A stretch of 52,362 nt of DNA from Basidiobolus meristosporus CBS 931.73 (lineage: Eukaryota > Fungi > Basidiobolomycota). Both the position numbers and the translations under genes were made by a program. Positions 12,980 to 25,075 of the stretch are shown piece after piece. Numbering within the stretch: the stretch's first letter is position 1; every line of letters begins with the position of its first letter. Under the pieces are notes generated by a model. That model saw nothing but the letters and a program-made list of their open reading frames with translations. It searched no databases and was not told the DNA's origin. The stretch lies in contig MCFE01000619.1 in NCBI GenBank assembly GCA_002104905.1, forward strand, positions 1-52,362. The letters run 5' to 3'.

Positions 12980-15900
12980 TGAGTACTGATGAAAAAGTGA
13001 TATAAAAGCATTACATTGTTGAGTGTCATGCTGTTTGCCCCATGGACAAGATTACTTTGATGCAAAACCATAAGAGAAGAGAAAACAGACCATGTGGCTG
13101 TTGTAGCAAGCCTCTCAGCCATAGAGCATGCAGACAGCATAGCAAGTATTAATAGGATCATAGTCAGTGTTTTGCCACACAAGTCATATTTGACCATTCA
13201 CCAGTCACTTTGGTATTAACCAAATCTTGCCAGCCACTTGATACTTCTATAAAGGCATCTGGCCATACTTGTCACCTTGTGCTAACTGAGTCAGGAGTGT
13301 TTATGACACCTTAGGCTCACCCAAGCCTTCTGAATATGGCACACAAAGTGATAGTTCTGAAGAAGCTGGCTCACAGATGGATTGTGAGCCTATTTTCCCT
13401 CACAACAGTGCCCTCCATGAGCCTGGCAAAATCCCAAGGTGCCCAACTTGTCAGGAATCCACTACCATTTTGGGGAAACATTGTTCACACTCTGGATATA
13501 TTCTTGTAATACCCGGTGTAAAGAAGTTCATGCAGTCCAACAAATATTGTGAAGCTATAGAATACTGCACTCAGTATAATCAAGCGCAAATATATCAGAA
13601 ATATCTGATGGCAAAATTACAAACAGCTAAGAAGCAAGGGCTACTTTGAAGGTATGTATAACCATGCCTTTGCCTTGGCACTTGATGGACTATCATTAAA
13701 CAAGTACTCTGCTAGCAAATCCTGCTGGCAACTGATTCTCATTAACCTGAATCTGCCACCTATCTTATGGTATCAGAGCCAAAATCTGATGGTTGTATCA
13801 CTGTTATCAAGGCCTAAATCACCATCCAACCTGAATAGCTACCTGTATCCATTGCTGGGTGAATGTTGTATGCTTTCCATCAGGATAACAGTTAATGGCT
13901 GTCATTTAAAAGCACATATTGTCATCTGCATCAAAGATACCCCAGTCATCAGCAAGATAGCAGGCTCTTCTGAGTACAATGGACTGTATTGCAGTCAAAT
14001 GTGTGAGATCCAGGGGACTTACTCCATAACACATACACATTATTATTACCCAAACACCAACACTAAGAACATCATATTTCCGCAACAAGAAGATACCAAA
14101 GTCAGCATACAATTGCAGCAAAGCTGGCAAGCTATAAGCCATTGGCCAGAATATGGAATTAATTGCAAACCAGAGATACTTGAGATAGAGTGAAATTGTG
14201 GGTGCAAAAGCTTTCCACTAGGAGCAATGCATTTGCTTTTCAAAAGTATCCATATATTGATGACCATATTGTACATGGTGCATTTAAGCTAGATGAGACT
14301 TTTGATATACCAGAAAAATTTGAGAGAATTGGCAAGATATTACAGAGTATCTGCTATCCTAAGTATTTTGCACAGGCTCCAATGAACCTTCATATGTATA
14401 TGCAGCAATACAAGTGCATAGATTGGATGAACTGTATATGTATTTATTAAAATGGCCTTTGAAGCCATTTCTACCAAGAGTACATTGGAAGCATTGGGAG
14501 TCATATGTGGACATTGTAGGAATATGTTACAAGTGCTGATATAAGAGTTGAAGAGGAATAGGGAGTTTAGCTGGCATTGTACTCACAAAACCTTGAACTG
14601 ATCTTTAATGAGGTTCCATGAGCTCCTTATCTTCATGCTGTCTGATTGTACTCCCTAATGTAGGTTGTGGCTGATGACTCATTTGATTGCATCATCATCC
14701 GCACCCAATAAGATCCTACTTACTATATCTATTTCTGTCTGATAAGGATCCGCTAAATCATTTGCTGACTAACACCAATAATATACTGGTAGCCTAAACA
14801 TAATACTAACTGATTTGACTAAAACGGATCTAACTCAAACATTCAACCAGTAGATCATCATAAATACTTATTCAGAAGTGGATCACCAATGCCAACTTGA
14901 TGCATCTTCAGCTTTTGAGCAAAGTGTTTGTGAATGCAGTTGAACCATATACTAAAAGCACAAAGCTGAATGTGTAGATCTCTGCTGCTACTGTATCCGC
15001 TTTCTACTCTATCTTGCTTGGTGTGTGGAGAATATTGGACCTTGCCTTACATTTTGGGTGTTTCCTATGAAGCAGATGTGCAGGGAGATAGGAAGACAAG
15101 TCAAGTTGCTGGTACTACCATATCCTAATCTTATCAATAATATTACCTTCAAGTCTGTCATGGATGTGAAGAGATGATACATGGAGGACAGCCAGGAAGA
15201 GTTAGATTATACTGAGGACAGATGTGCAAATGGAGACACCTATCCCTATGGCATTAAGTAGCTAAGCAGCCCCAATGAATGGGTAATTAGTTAATTAATG
15301 CAAAGCTGGGATGGGTGCAACAAGCAAATAATTATGATTACAAAAACTCTACCAAGGTACGCTGGATTTCTCTTGGTAACAAGCCAGTTTCTACACCATG
15401 CAATACTGAATTCACTCAAACAAGAGCCAGAGCACACCTATAAGGGGGACTAGAATCTAGCATGGAGAAGGAATAAATTGGCAATATTCCAAAAAGTTCT
15501 TTGTGGATATTCAAGAGGTAATCAAGGCAGAGGTGGTGGCAACCAAGCATATGTCTGCAAGATGTATATGTTACTAGAAATACAAGGCATACAGCATCTT
15601 TGCAAGTATCACCCTAAAAAGTCACAAAGCTGAGGAGATAGAAGCATATCAATTGTGGCAAGTGTGTGCATTTGTAGAAGCTAGAAAGCAGGAGGCTATA
15701 GTATTTTTTGATCCAAACAGCATGCAAAATACCCAAGGTAGTAGTGAGTAAGCAAATAAAGGGGGGTAATTATACAGTGGAATATATACACTGTGCAAGG
15801 GGAGGTGGAAAAAGGAAATACCATGTGGTAAATTTATATGTTAGCATTGTAAAGAACTAGCTGTAGGTCCCATACTGCAATAATAATGCCATCAGCGGCT

Positions 15901-16250
15901 TGTAATAAGGCTGTCAAAACACTGTAAAGTTTTTTGCCATACAAGGCAATTGGATGTACTAGCTGGTTAGATCCACTCAAATTGTTATAGAGAGCCCCAA
16001 GGCTACAACAATACCTTGCCACCTTTGGTAAATCACCATACAAACACCATTATGTTTTTTAGCTTTATTTGAAGTTAAAATTAGCCAAATGCCATTATGA
16101 TCCCATAATAAGATTGTGTATAATGATCATTGATTCCAAGCTGCTGGTATTATAACAGTCTCTTGATGGGATCTTGGTGGCTGATCCAGAACTAACTTGG
16201 CTGTGGGATCAAGTTATTTTTCATAGGGTGGTTTAAGCTCAAAAGTTTAT
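12980..16250 (+). mobile_element. Degenerate CACTA/En-Spm (CMC)-like DNA transposon, longest copy
   Basis: N-terminal CxxC..H (RPCGCCSKPLSHRACRQH), CPTCQE, LALDG..CWQLILINLNLPP..NSYLYPL, C-terminal GPCLTFWVFPMKQMCREIGRQVKLLVLPYPNL. These resemble Transposase_21-type proteins. Interrupted by a solo LTR; no TIR found. Confidence 0.7.
14525..14862 (-). repeat. Solo LTR, gypsy family B, inserted in the CACTA transposase
   Basis: Homologous to 18106-18474. Flanked by AATA/AATA (14521-14524, 14863-14866). Confidence 0.8.
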
Positions 16251-16559
16251 ATGACACCATACCAGAGAGAAGCTACATCCTAACTTGGCCAATTATAGGC
16301 CAATTATGCTCAAATAAAATGCAGCAGAAATCCTGAGAGTGCAGCTACCTAATGGTAGGAGATATGATGGGATACAACCAGCACCTTAAAATATTTACTC
16401 TGATTGTAAGTACAGAATATTAAGGAAATTGAAAATTGTCTCAATGACCTGAAACTCTGTATATTTACTCCTATGAATCCTCTGCTAGCAACTGAATATT
16501 AGCATTTGCATGGCTCTGCAATCAGCTTAAATACTGTGCAGCAATGCAATACAAAACAA

Positions 16560-17880
16560 ATGACTATTATATAAATGTTTTAATTTGCCAAGTCACTTCT
16601 AATAAGTCTCTGATATCTGAAGACAATGAACGTACAGTGATATAACAGGTGATTGAGTGTCCACAACAGAAGGTGAGAAAACTGGTAGAAAACTTATAAA
16701 AGTCACTGATGTATTTCTTTGATGAGATGCTTTGACAATGCTTTTTGTGAAATCTGAGATGCAATTTCTTTCAGAGTCTTTACACAGTTTCCTAATGGCA
16801 TTAATACATTTGAGTCATTGGGCTTTGATTTTGCAATGTCTACTTGATAAGATCACCACAACAATTCCTCATATGGTATCTTCCTTACTCAACCAATTAC
16901 CCAAACATTGTGGCTACTTGAATACATACCCAGTTAATCCAGTCCTTGCATTTGTATTGTTGCACATGCGTATGAGATGTTTGAAGCTTGTGAGAAACAG
17001 CATAGGTAGTGGATACTCTCTAATATCTTGTCAATTCTTTCAAGTTTCTCCAGTATCACAACAGGCTCATTTGTGCTTAGACATAACAGTGAGCTACATG
17101 TATTCTGCTGGATGGCATAGAAAACTATTCTAGCAGTGGAATCAGGTAGCTAGCCAGGTGTGATGGTAGTTTATGATGTAAGAGTCTTGGAGATATTGGA
17201 AGTGATTGGGAGGACAAGTAGATTATGTGGTTTTCACTTAATGATTTATTGAATGTAATAGTATTATTTATACATTTGCATGGCCTTGCCATAACAAACA
17301 CACAGAATAGGTTAAGAAAGGTCCCAAAGCATGTGTGCAAACTTTGGGGCTGTTTGGACAACTTTGAGAATTTCATGTTCTGGGTACCTGGTATTGTGGT
17401 GAAAATATTGTAGGTATATCCTGACAGGGAATTTGACCTGTATTCTCTAGGATTTGAAGGTAATGATCAAGTGACTAAGCTAGGTGAATAATCAGGGAGA
17501 ATTGCAAATTTTTACAACAGTTTAGACTCAGTCAGCAGTGAGACTATCATCAGATATCTGCTCTGACACAATGAGATTAGTGGCAGATTCTGGCTAAATG
17601 AAGTTGGTTGCCAGCAGAGTTTGCTGGCAGTTTACCTACTTAGTGAGAAGCCATCAAGTGCCAAGGCAAAGGCATAGTCATATATAACTACAAAGTAGAG
17701 CTTGCTTTGTAGTTGTTTGCAATGTTTGCCAATGAATATTGTGGCAATGTTTGCACTTGACTGATGTGGAATTCTGTACTTTTTAGCTTGACAATGCTTG
17801 CTAGACTGCATAAGCTTCATTAGACAGGAAATTGCTTGAATATGTCCAGAGTGTGAAAGATGCTCTCCTCATATGGTGGT
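16560..17880 (-). mobile_element. Second CACTA-like transposase relic, convergent with the first
   Basis: Minus-strand YAFALALDGFSLS and KLPSHLASYLIPLLE match 13654..14193; 16930-17050 matches 14320-14440. Confidence 0.7.
17174..17519 (-). repeat. Solo LTR, copia family C, with TSD
   Basis: Homologous to 38644-38993. TSD GTTTA at 17169-17173 and 17520-17524; removing it rejoins the CACTA reading frame. Confidence 0.9.
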
Positions 17881-18105
17881 GGAGCTTATCAACAATAGTT
17901 ATAACTGTTCATCTGTGGTTTGCTCACCAAAAGCTCAGTATACATACCTGTTTAAAGATAAAACAACAGTAACACTAAGGTAGCTGAGTTTTCCAAAAGT
18001 CAGGAGCATTCTGGAACAGTTTAAGGGCTTAAACATAATTTTTCCTAAAAGTTGATTTGATCTTGACTGAAAGGGAGTAGGCAAAGAATCATAGATTGGA
18101 AATAA
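17880..18105 (-). repeat. Diverged, truncated family A-like LTR
   Basis: AAGCTCAGTAT..CAGGAGCATTCTG.AACAGTTT aligns with 5360-5460; truncated by the family B LTR. Confidence 0.6.
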
Positions 18106-19975
18106 TGTTGCAAGTCTTGGTATAAGAGTTGCAGAGGAATAGGGAGTTTAGCTAGTATTGTATTCACTTAAATTTAAACTGATGTTTATTGAGATTCCGG
18201 CAGCTCATTATAGACATTTTGCCAGATCAATTGCTGACTAATTATATTTCCTAATGTAGGCTGTGGCTGATGACTCATTTGATTGCATCATCATCACCCA
18301 ATAAGATCCTACCAAATGTATCTATTTCTGTCTGATAAGGATCTGCTGATTCATTTGCTGACTAATGCTACTGATTTGATGGATAATACTGATTTACTGA
18401 TAACCTAAACATATAGCTAATTGATTTGACTAAAAACTGATCTAACTTAAACATTCAAGCAGCAGATCATAACATTCTCCCCTGCTAAAGTTGAGAGAGC
18501 TCTCTTGAATTTCTTTTCTTGTGATGCCAATATTGTAATGGTTCAGTATTATCAGCAAGTCTTGCAAGCTTGAGTCTGTCCCTATGCACTAAGTCTTCTC
18601 AGATATTGCCTTGTTTGTCCACCAGTTGATAGGTTGCAAATGGACATTCTCTGATGATCTTGAATGGTTCTGTCTATTGTGGCTCAAACTTCTTCCAGGT
18701 GTTGTTTCTTAGCAATACAGAGTTCCCAACTGTCAATGCTTCTGGTGCTATAGTCTTATCAAATCTGTGCTTCATCTTTTCTGCACTTTGAGAAACTTTG
18801 GTCTGTGCCTCTTGATGTCTTTGTTCCAGTTGCTGGTGTCTACTTGGCTGACTGAGCTCATCTTCTAAGATATCTGTACGCTTTGGTTGTGTGAGATCTC
18901 CTGGAATCCTTGGTTCACATCCATACACTAAGCAAAATGGCAATTGCTGGGTGGTGTTGTGTACTCTGACTTTGCATGCAAAGAGTGCTTGGTCTACATA
19001 CTGATCCCATCTACTGACCACTCCATTTGCATACTTAGTCAGCATTTTTCCAAATATACCATGAAACCGTTCAGTGACTCCATTAGCTCTGGGGTGATAT
19101 GCTGAGGTTTTCAAGTGTTTGATCTGCTGCATTTCCAGGTAAGCTGTCAATGTCTTTGCCATAAAGCTTGCACCTCTTTTGGGTAGAGCCTCTACAGGGC
19201 ATCCAAACTTCAAAAGAATCTCATGGTAGATAAAACTTGCAACTTCTTGTTCACTGGCTATAGGTACAGCTTTAGCCACTGACCATTTAGTAGCATGGTC
19301 AATTGCTACTAGAATCCAACAGTTGCATTTCCTGGTAGTTAGCAGTCTTCAAATAAAGTCATTTCCCATCTTTTGGATGGTCTTACAGGTTCCAAGGCAA
19401 AGAGTTCAGCAATTCTCTGTGGTTGGCCTTGGTTGATTTAGCAGTGTGGGCATGTTTTCACTAGCTTTGCAATGTCATGTTTCATTCTGGGCCACCATGC
19501 TCTGGCTTTCACAAGGCTATAGGTTCCTTCAATTCCAAGATGTCCATATCCATTTTGTAGCTGATGTGTTAAATTTAGACAAGAAACATAAGGGCAATAA
19601 GTAATAGGGCTTCTATTAACAATTTGGTAGAGTGTTCCATCCTGTACTACAAATTTGCTGGCTTCATCCCGGATTATCTTCTTGATATCTTCATCCACCT
19701 CATCAGGAATGGCTTGGTCCTCCAAGTACTTTGGTTATAGGCTAGGCCAATCTGATTCATGCAACAAGTTGAGTTGTGCAACTTTATCTAATCTTGATAA
19801 GGCGTCAGCAACCATGTTGTTTTTTCCAGGGCAGTAGACAATCTCCAACTTAAATTGCCAAATATATTCACTCCATCTTGTCATTCTTCTAGAGAGTATT
19901 TTCTGAGTAAATATATACTTGAGGGAGGCATGGTCAGTCTTTACAATGCATTTGACCCCTTCAATATAGCATCTC
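18106..19975 (-). mobile_element. Gypsy family B 3' half (RNase H, integrase, PPT, 3' LTR)
   Basis: LTR 18106-18474; PPT GCAGGGGAGAA next to it. Integrase (SAYHPRANGVTERF), zinc finger (GHLG..WWP..C..C) and RNase H (KTDHASL..N..ADALSR) in ORFs 18674, 19438 and 19735. Confidence 0.9.
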
Positions 19976-20344
19976 TGTTGCAATATTGGACTATTTGTTA
20001 TCATTCTGCAGCTAAAAATTTACTTAACAGCTCTGGACTAGTCTTGGTCACTGTGGGACTAACCTACAGCTCTAACTTTGCCACTTTCTTCAGATCTATG
20101 ATCTTATGATTATTCCCCTATAGTCAGGATCAAATTAGCACTGATGCTAACTATTATGTACTAACCCTGAAACTGTTACAGAATGCTCCTGAATATTGAG
20201 AAACCCTCCTTACTTAGTGTTACAGCTATATTACTTCTACAAAGGTATAAATACTGAGCTTCTCTATTAATAAACAACAGTTCAACTATTATCACTATTT
20301 TTTGATAAGTTCCTTGTATCCAAATCACTTCTTAAATTGCAACA
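19976..20344 (+). repeat. Complete family A LTR, no TSD
   Basis: TGTTG...GCAACA, reverse complement of the copia-1 LTRs. Flanks ATCTC/GTGAC do not match. Confidence 0.9.
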
Positions 20345-20699
20345 GTGACCCCCCCAAAAGCTGAGCACAAGCAGGGCTGAGAGCCCCAAACATGTGGCAA
20401 AGAAGTATCAGGCAGCCAGAAGAGTGCAGGTAAGGGGCAAGCAGGCAATATTTTCTGAGATGTGAAGGCAATGATCTAAGTGACTACATTAGGTTAATAT
20501 TTTGGTGGCATTATATATTTTTACAGCAAAAAAACCTATGACTATCTCAGGAGCCTGCCACAGGGATAACTAATAGCCAGAAGCAAGCAATAAAGAATCA
20601 TCAGGTTGTCAGTGGAGTATCTTTGAGGAATAAACTTGCAAAATAGATGCATCAGTGTAGCAGTTATCAAGGATAAAAAGAAAGACAATACACAATGCT

Positions 20700-21133
20700 C
20701 TCATTTAAAGTAGATGTGTACAACTGGGCAGTGATAAGTGCAAAGGTAAATGGAAAAAATTCTAAGCAAGTCAGAGAAGTGGAAGCATGAGAAAATGCTG
20801 CAGTACACATCAACTAATGCTATCAGACCTGAGCTGGCTGAGTCCCATAATATCTAAGAAGAGTTAATCACAAGACAATAGCAGCTTTCCAAGAAGTTGG
20901 ATGCACAATCAGCTGAATCAGCTCCAGTGAAGTAGATGAGGCTACAGAGTAAGGTAATTTTTCTACCACTGCTAACACATGTGAAGAGACTGGTATATAA
21001 GGTGCTAGATGTTGCAGTGCCTGCTGAAGACCAACACATATGGGAATCAGTGAATAAAGAATGGCATAAAGTCATAGGGTTCCCACCAAAATCATGGAAA
21101 AAGGGGGTTACAGCAGAAACACTCATGGAGTAG
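20700..21133 (+). pseudogene. Myb/SANT-like ORF relic
   Basis: YNWAVISAKVNGKNSKQVR(E)KWK at 20719-20785, with a frameshift at ~20776. Continues through stops into ORF 20936..21133. Confidence 0.5.
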
Positions 21134-21172
21134 TGGATTTTAATGCAATTACTTGTGAATTGAGGGAGTATG

Positions 21173-21539
21173 TGTTATGGTCTACTGCTTGAGTGTTGAA
21201 GTTGTATCAGTTTTGCTCAAATCAATTAGTCTTATATTTTGCCTATCAGTATATCAGTGTTATATCTTAAATCAGTAGCATTAGTCAGCAAATGAATCAG
21301 CAGATCCTTATCAGACAGAAATATATATATTAAATAGAATCTTATTGGGTAATAATGATGCAATCAAAGAAGTCATCAGCCCTAACCTACATTAGGAAAT
21401 ATAATTAGTCAGTAACTGATCTGGCTAATATATACAGGGAGTTGCTGGAGCCTCAATTCAAATCAGTTCAAGCTTTAGTGAATACAATACTAGCTAAATT
21501 CCCTAGTCCTCTACAAATATTAGACCAAGACTTGTAACA
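21173..21539 (+). repeat. LTR, gypsy family B
   Basis: TGTTATGG...TTGTAACA, reverse complement of 18106-18474; no clear TSD. Confidence 0.8.
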
Positions 21540-21549
21540 TAGACACAAT

Positions 21550-22900
21550 GTTAGTGTTGGGTACAGGTACTTCTATAGGTCTTGACTATTAAGAAATGAG
21601 GTACATCCCAAGTTTCATATTTGTCAACCCTGTACTGAATCTCATGATATGATTGTAATGGTGTTTTGCTGTATTTACTGACAAATAAATATAATTCTGA
21701 AAGTGTTTGAGCGGTCTTTTGGCAAGAGTTACATGTTGTTCCAGCCATTTTCATGCACTCTACATCTATTTTCACAGACCTCACTGGCCAATACATTCTA
21801 TTGCCTTATATGACAAGGAACTTGACATTGCTCTGTTAGGCTTGCTTTGGACCTCCACTAGCATTATAGTGGGTGTACAGCAGCCTGTAACTGGTTCTGT
21901 ATATTGCTACTCTACCAATTTACTAAGTTGTATTTCCTACTTCTACCTCCACTTGCACCACTCATATATCCCACTGTAAAATCACCCCTCTTAATTTGCT
22001 TACCCATCACTACCTTGCATAGTCCACATACTGTACAAATAAAAAAAACTGTTGTTTCCTGCTTACTAACTTATACAAATGTGCATACCCACAGCAATTG
22101 ACACACTACTATCACCTGAGCCCTGGCTTCTTAGTGATTGGTAATGCTTGCTGTTGAATAAATCAAAAATGTTGGCACTTGCTTGATACTGAAAGCAGAA
22201 CCTTATAGCTTAATATTTGTTGGATTGCATGAGATTCTTTAGTTGGGGTAATAATAGTGTATATCCAGAGTTCAAACAATGTTCTTCTGCTCAATTGTTG
22301 GAATTCTCACAGATTTGACACTTTAATATGATGGCACTTGCCGCAGCATCACTTCACTCACTAGTACATCAATGACTGAGCATGCCTAGCTTTATAAAGG
22401 AACCTTAGCATTTTTTACACCAGTGTTGGCATATAATAAATTGGGATTTTGGCAGGCTCATGCAGAGTATTTTTGTTCAGGGGGATTAGCTCACAATTCA
22501 TTAGTCAGCTTTCTTCTTCCAAACCATCACTCTGCATGGCACATTTAAAAGGCTGTGGTGAGCCTATAGGCAACACAAACTTCCATGAGTTGGTTTGTGC
22601 AAGGTGAAAAGTGTGGTTAGGTGCGGTTATAGATGTATCAAGTGCTGGCCAATATCAATGGTACAGTAGTGACAGATGAATGGGTAAATATGACCTGTGC
22701 AGCCTTGTAGCACTTCTAATGCTCTCTGAATGCTTCATGGCTGAAAGGTTTGTCACAATGGCCACAAGGTCCTTTTTCTCTTCTCTTATAGCATTGATTT
22801 GAAGTAGTCTTATCCATGGGGCACACAGCTTTATGGTTAGCACATAATCCTATTATAGCACTTTTTTGTCAACACTAATATGAGTTGAAGACACATTTGT
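21550..22900 (-). mobile_element. Internally deleted CACTA-like relic
   Basis: 22430-22500 and 22720-22880 align with 13380-13450 and 12980-13140 (PCGHCDKPFSHEAFREH). 21650-22100 aligns with the 3' region at 15600-16150. Confidence 0.65.
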
Positions 22901-22909
22901 ATTTGAGAC

Positions 22910-24680
22910 TGTTATAATTTAATGCTTGAATGTCAAAGTTGGATTGGTTTATTAGTCAAATCAAATAGTTGTATGTTTTGCCTATCAGAACATCAATATT
23001 ATCAACCCAATCAGTAGTATTGCTCAGCATACATGTCAGCAGTTCCTTATCAGATGGAAATAGATATATTAATTAAGATCTACTTGGGTGATGATGATGC
23101 AATAAAATGAGTAATCAGCTACAACATACACTGGGCAATACAATTAGTGAGCAATTGATCTGGTAAACTCTATATAAGAGATGCTAGAGCCTCAATGGAG
23201 ATTAGTTAAAGTATTAGTGAGTGCAGTCCCAGCTAACCTACCTTTCCTCTACAACTTTTATAATAAGACTTGCAAAATTAGTAGCAGCAACAACCCCTGA
23301 CAAAAAAACTAAGAAAAGGCCAGTAGAATACCATCGTAATATCAGCTGAATTCCAAGTTTATCAAAATTGACTACTCCTCATATTTCTGTTGTTAGCTTA
23401 TGAGCAGGCAAGCAAACAAACTCTCCAGGAGGAGACTAGGCCAACTAGCATCCATCCCAAGTTTGGTAATTAGGTGCCCATTACTTCCATCAAAAATGGC
23501 ATTTGAATTTTGAACCAAAAACACCAGCTGAATACTAGCAGAATATTAACTGAAAATCAGATGAATTCCAAGTCTGAGATTTCTCATAGGGAACCAGAAA
23601 TGTCCCTTCTGAAGAATCAAGGAGCCCCCCTCAAGATGTCAGAAAATCAAGAATGGAAGTATGTTATACAGCACATCCTGGCCCAGCAGTAACAGTAACT
23701 CTATATCACCAGTCAGCAGCAACAAGGAAAAAAACCATGGCCTAGAAGCAGTAAGTCTTTGTCAAGAGAAAATGTAGTGTAAAGGACAACCAGTATCATG
23801 TTAGAGTCAATGTAAGCCTAGGCACTTGGCTCTTTCACATTGAAGAAGCTACATGAAAATTGCCCTAGAAAGCAAATAGCATTATGCAGCCACTTGTTAG
23901 ACAGTAACAGCCTTAAAGTTGAACCACATCAAGTTCTGGTCAGCTGATATGATAGGATGTACTACTATCTGCCAGAGATGAGTATGTGTTGGAAATTTAG
24001 GATGCTTTTGAGCCTCCACACCAGCAGCCACTACAAAGGTGGAAGTTGAAGAAGTTCAGACAGAAAGGAATGGTTCAAGAATGCATCCATGAGTACAGAT
24101 GTCTCCTTGCACAGATTGAGAGAGTGTATCCTTTAATCAAGTTAAATACTTTATTGAAGGCTTAAACAAAGAACTTGTGTGGAAGTGGATTATCAGATCC
24201 TCATACTATCATCAAGGTTGCTATTAATCAAGACTCTGCTAAGTTTTGAGTGGGAAAGCCTACAGAGATTAATCAGTGAAGCTACATTCACCATGAAAGG
24301 AGAAAATCAGAAGCAGTGCCAATGGAAATAGACACAATGCAGAAGAATCCCTGCTTGAAGAAAGCAAGAAGAAAGGACTGTCTGAATTGCTAACAGCATG
24401 GGGAAAACATCTCAAAGTACTACCCTGGAAAAAGAGATGAACACCAGTCAGCAAGAACCTTCAACCATGTTAAAATGCAAGAACATAAAGATAAGGAGGA
24501 TGAACCTGATGAAGACTCAGGACTAATATTCCTTATGTCAGAAGAATACTCATCCAAAATAACCTCAAACTTAGGAGAGCCATTGTACTTGAATGAAGTC
24601 ATTAATGTTGTACCTGCCAGGATCCTAATTGATTCAGGAGCCTTACAGATGTACATGCCATAGCAATTTCCCCTGAAAGC
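22910..24680 (+). mobile_element. Gypsy family B 5' half (LTR, gag, protease relic)
   Basis: LTR 22910-23277 followed by TTAGTAGCAGC (degenerate TGGTAGCAG-type PBS). Relic motifs LGTWLFHIEE, KYFIEGLNKEL, PMEIDT and ARILIDSGA. Confidence 0.75.
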
Positions 24681-25075
24681 TAGAATCATATTGGAAGCTC
24701 TGGTTGCCAAGTTCAGCTCCATTAGGACAGTTGTAGCCCTGGCAGCTCTACACAGCCTAGTTCTATACCATATGGATGTCAAAGCAGTCTTTTAAATAGT
24801 CATTTGAAAGAAACTATATATAAAGAGCAACCAGAGGATTTTATCTATCCAAAAGGCCCCCATACAGTGTGCAGATTAAGGTAATTGTTTTATTACTTAA
24901 GCAGGCACCTAGAGCATATCATAACAACATTGATACATCCAGAGGAGTTTGGGTTCATTTGTAGCACTGCAGATCACATTAGATATGTGAAGCAGCTCAA
25001 AAAGGGTGTGCTCATCCTAGTCCTTTATGTGGATGACCTAATAGTTGCTACAATTGACCAGGAGGCACTCAAACA

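Noticed and set aside
18255-18330. Hammerhead ribozyme at CTGATGA in the family B LTR (also ~14667)
   Set aside because: No stem II followed by GAAA could be built.
18106-24680. The two gypsy B halves as one element split by inversion
   Set aside because: Their LTRs are visibly diverged and no shared TSD was found.
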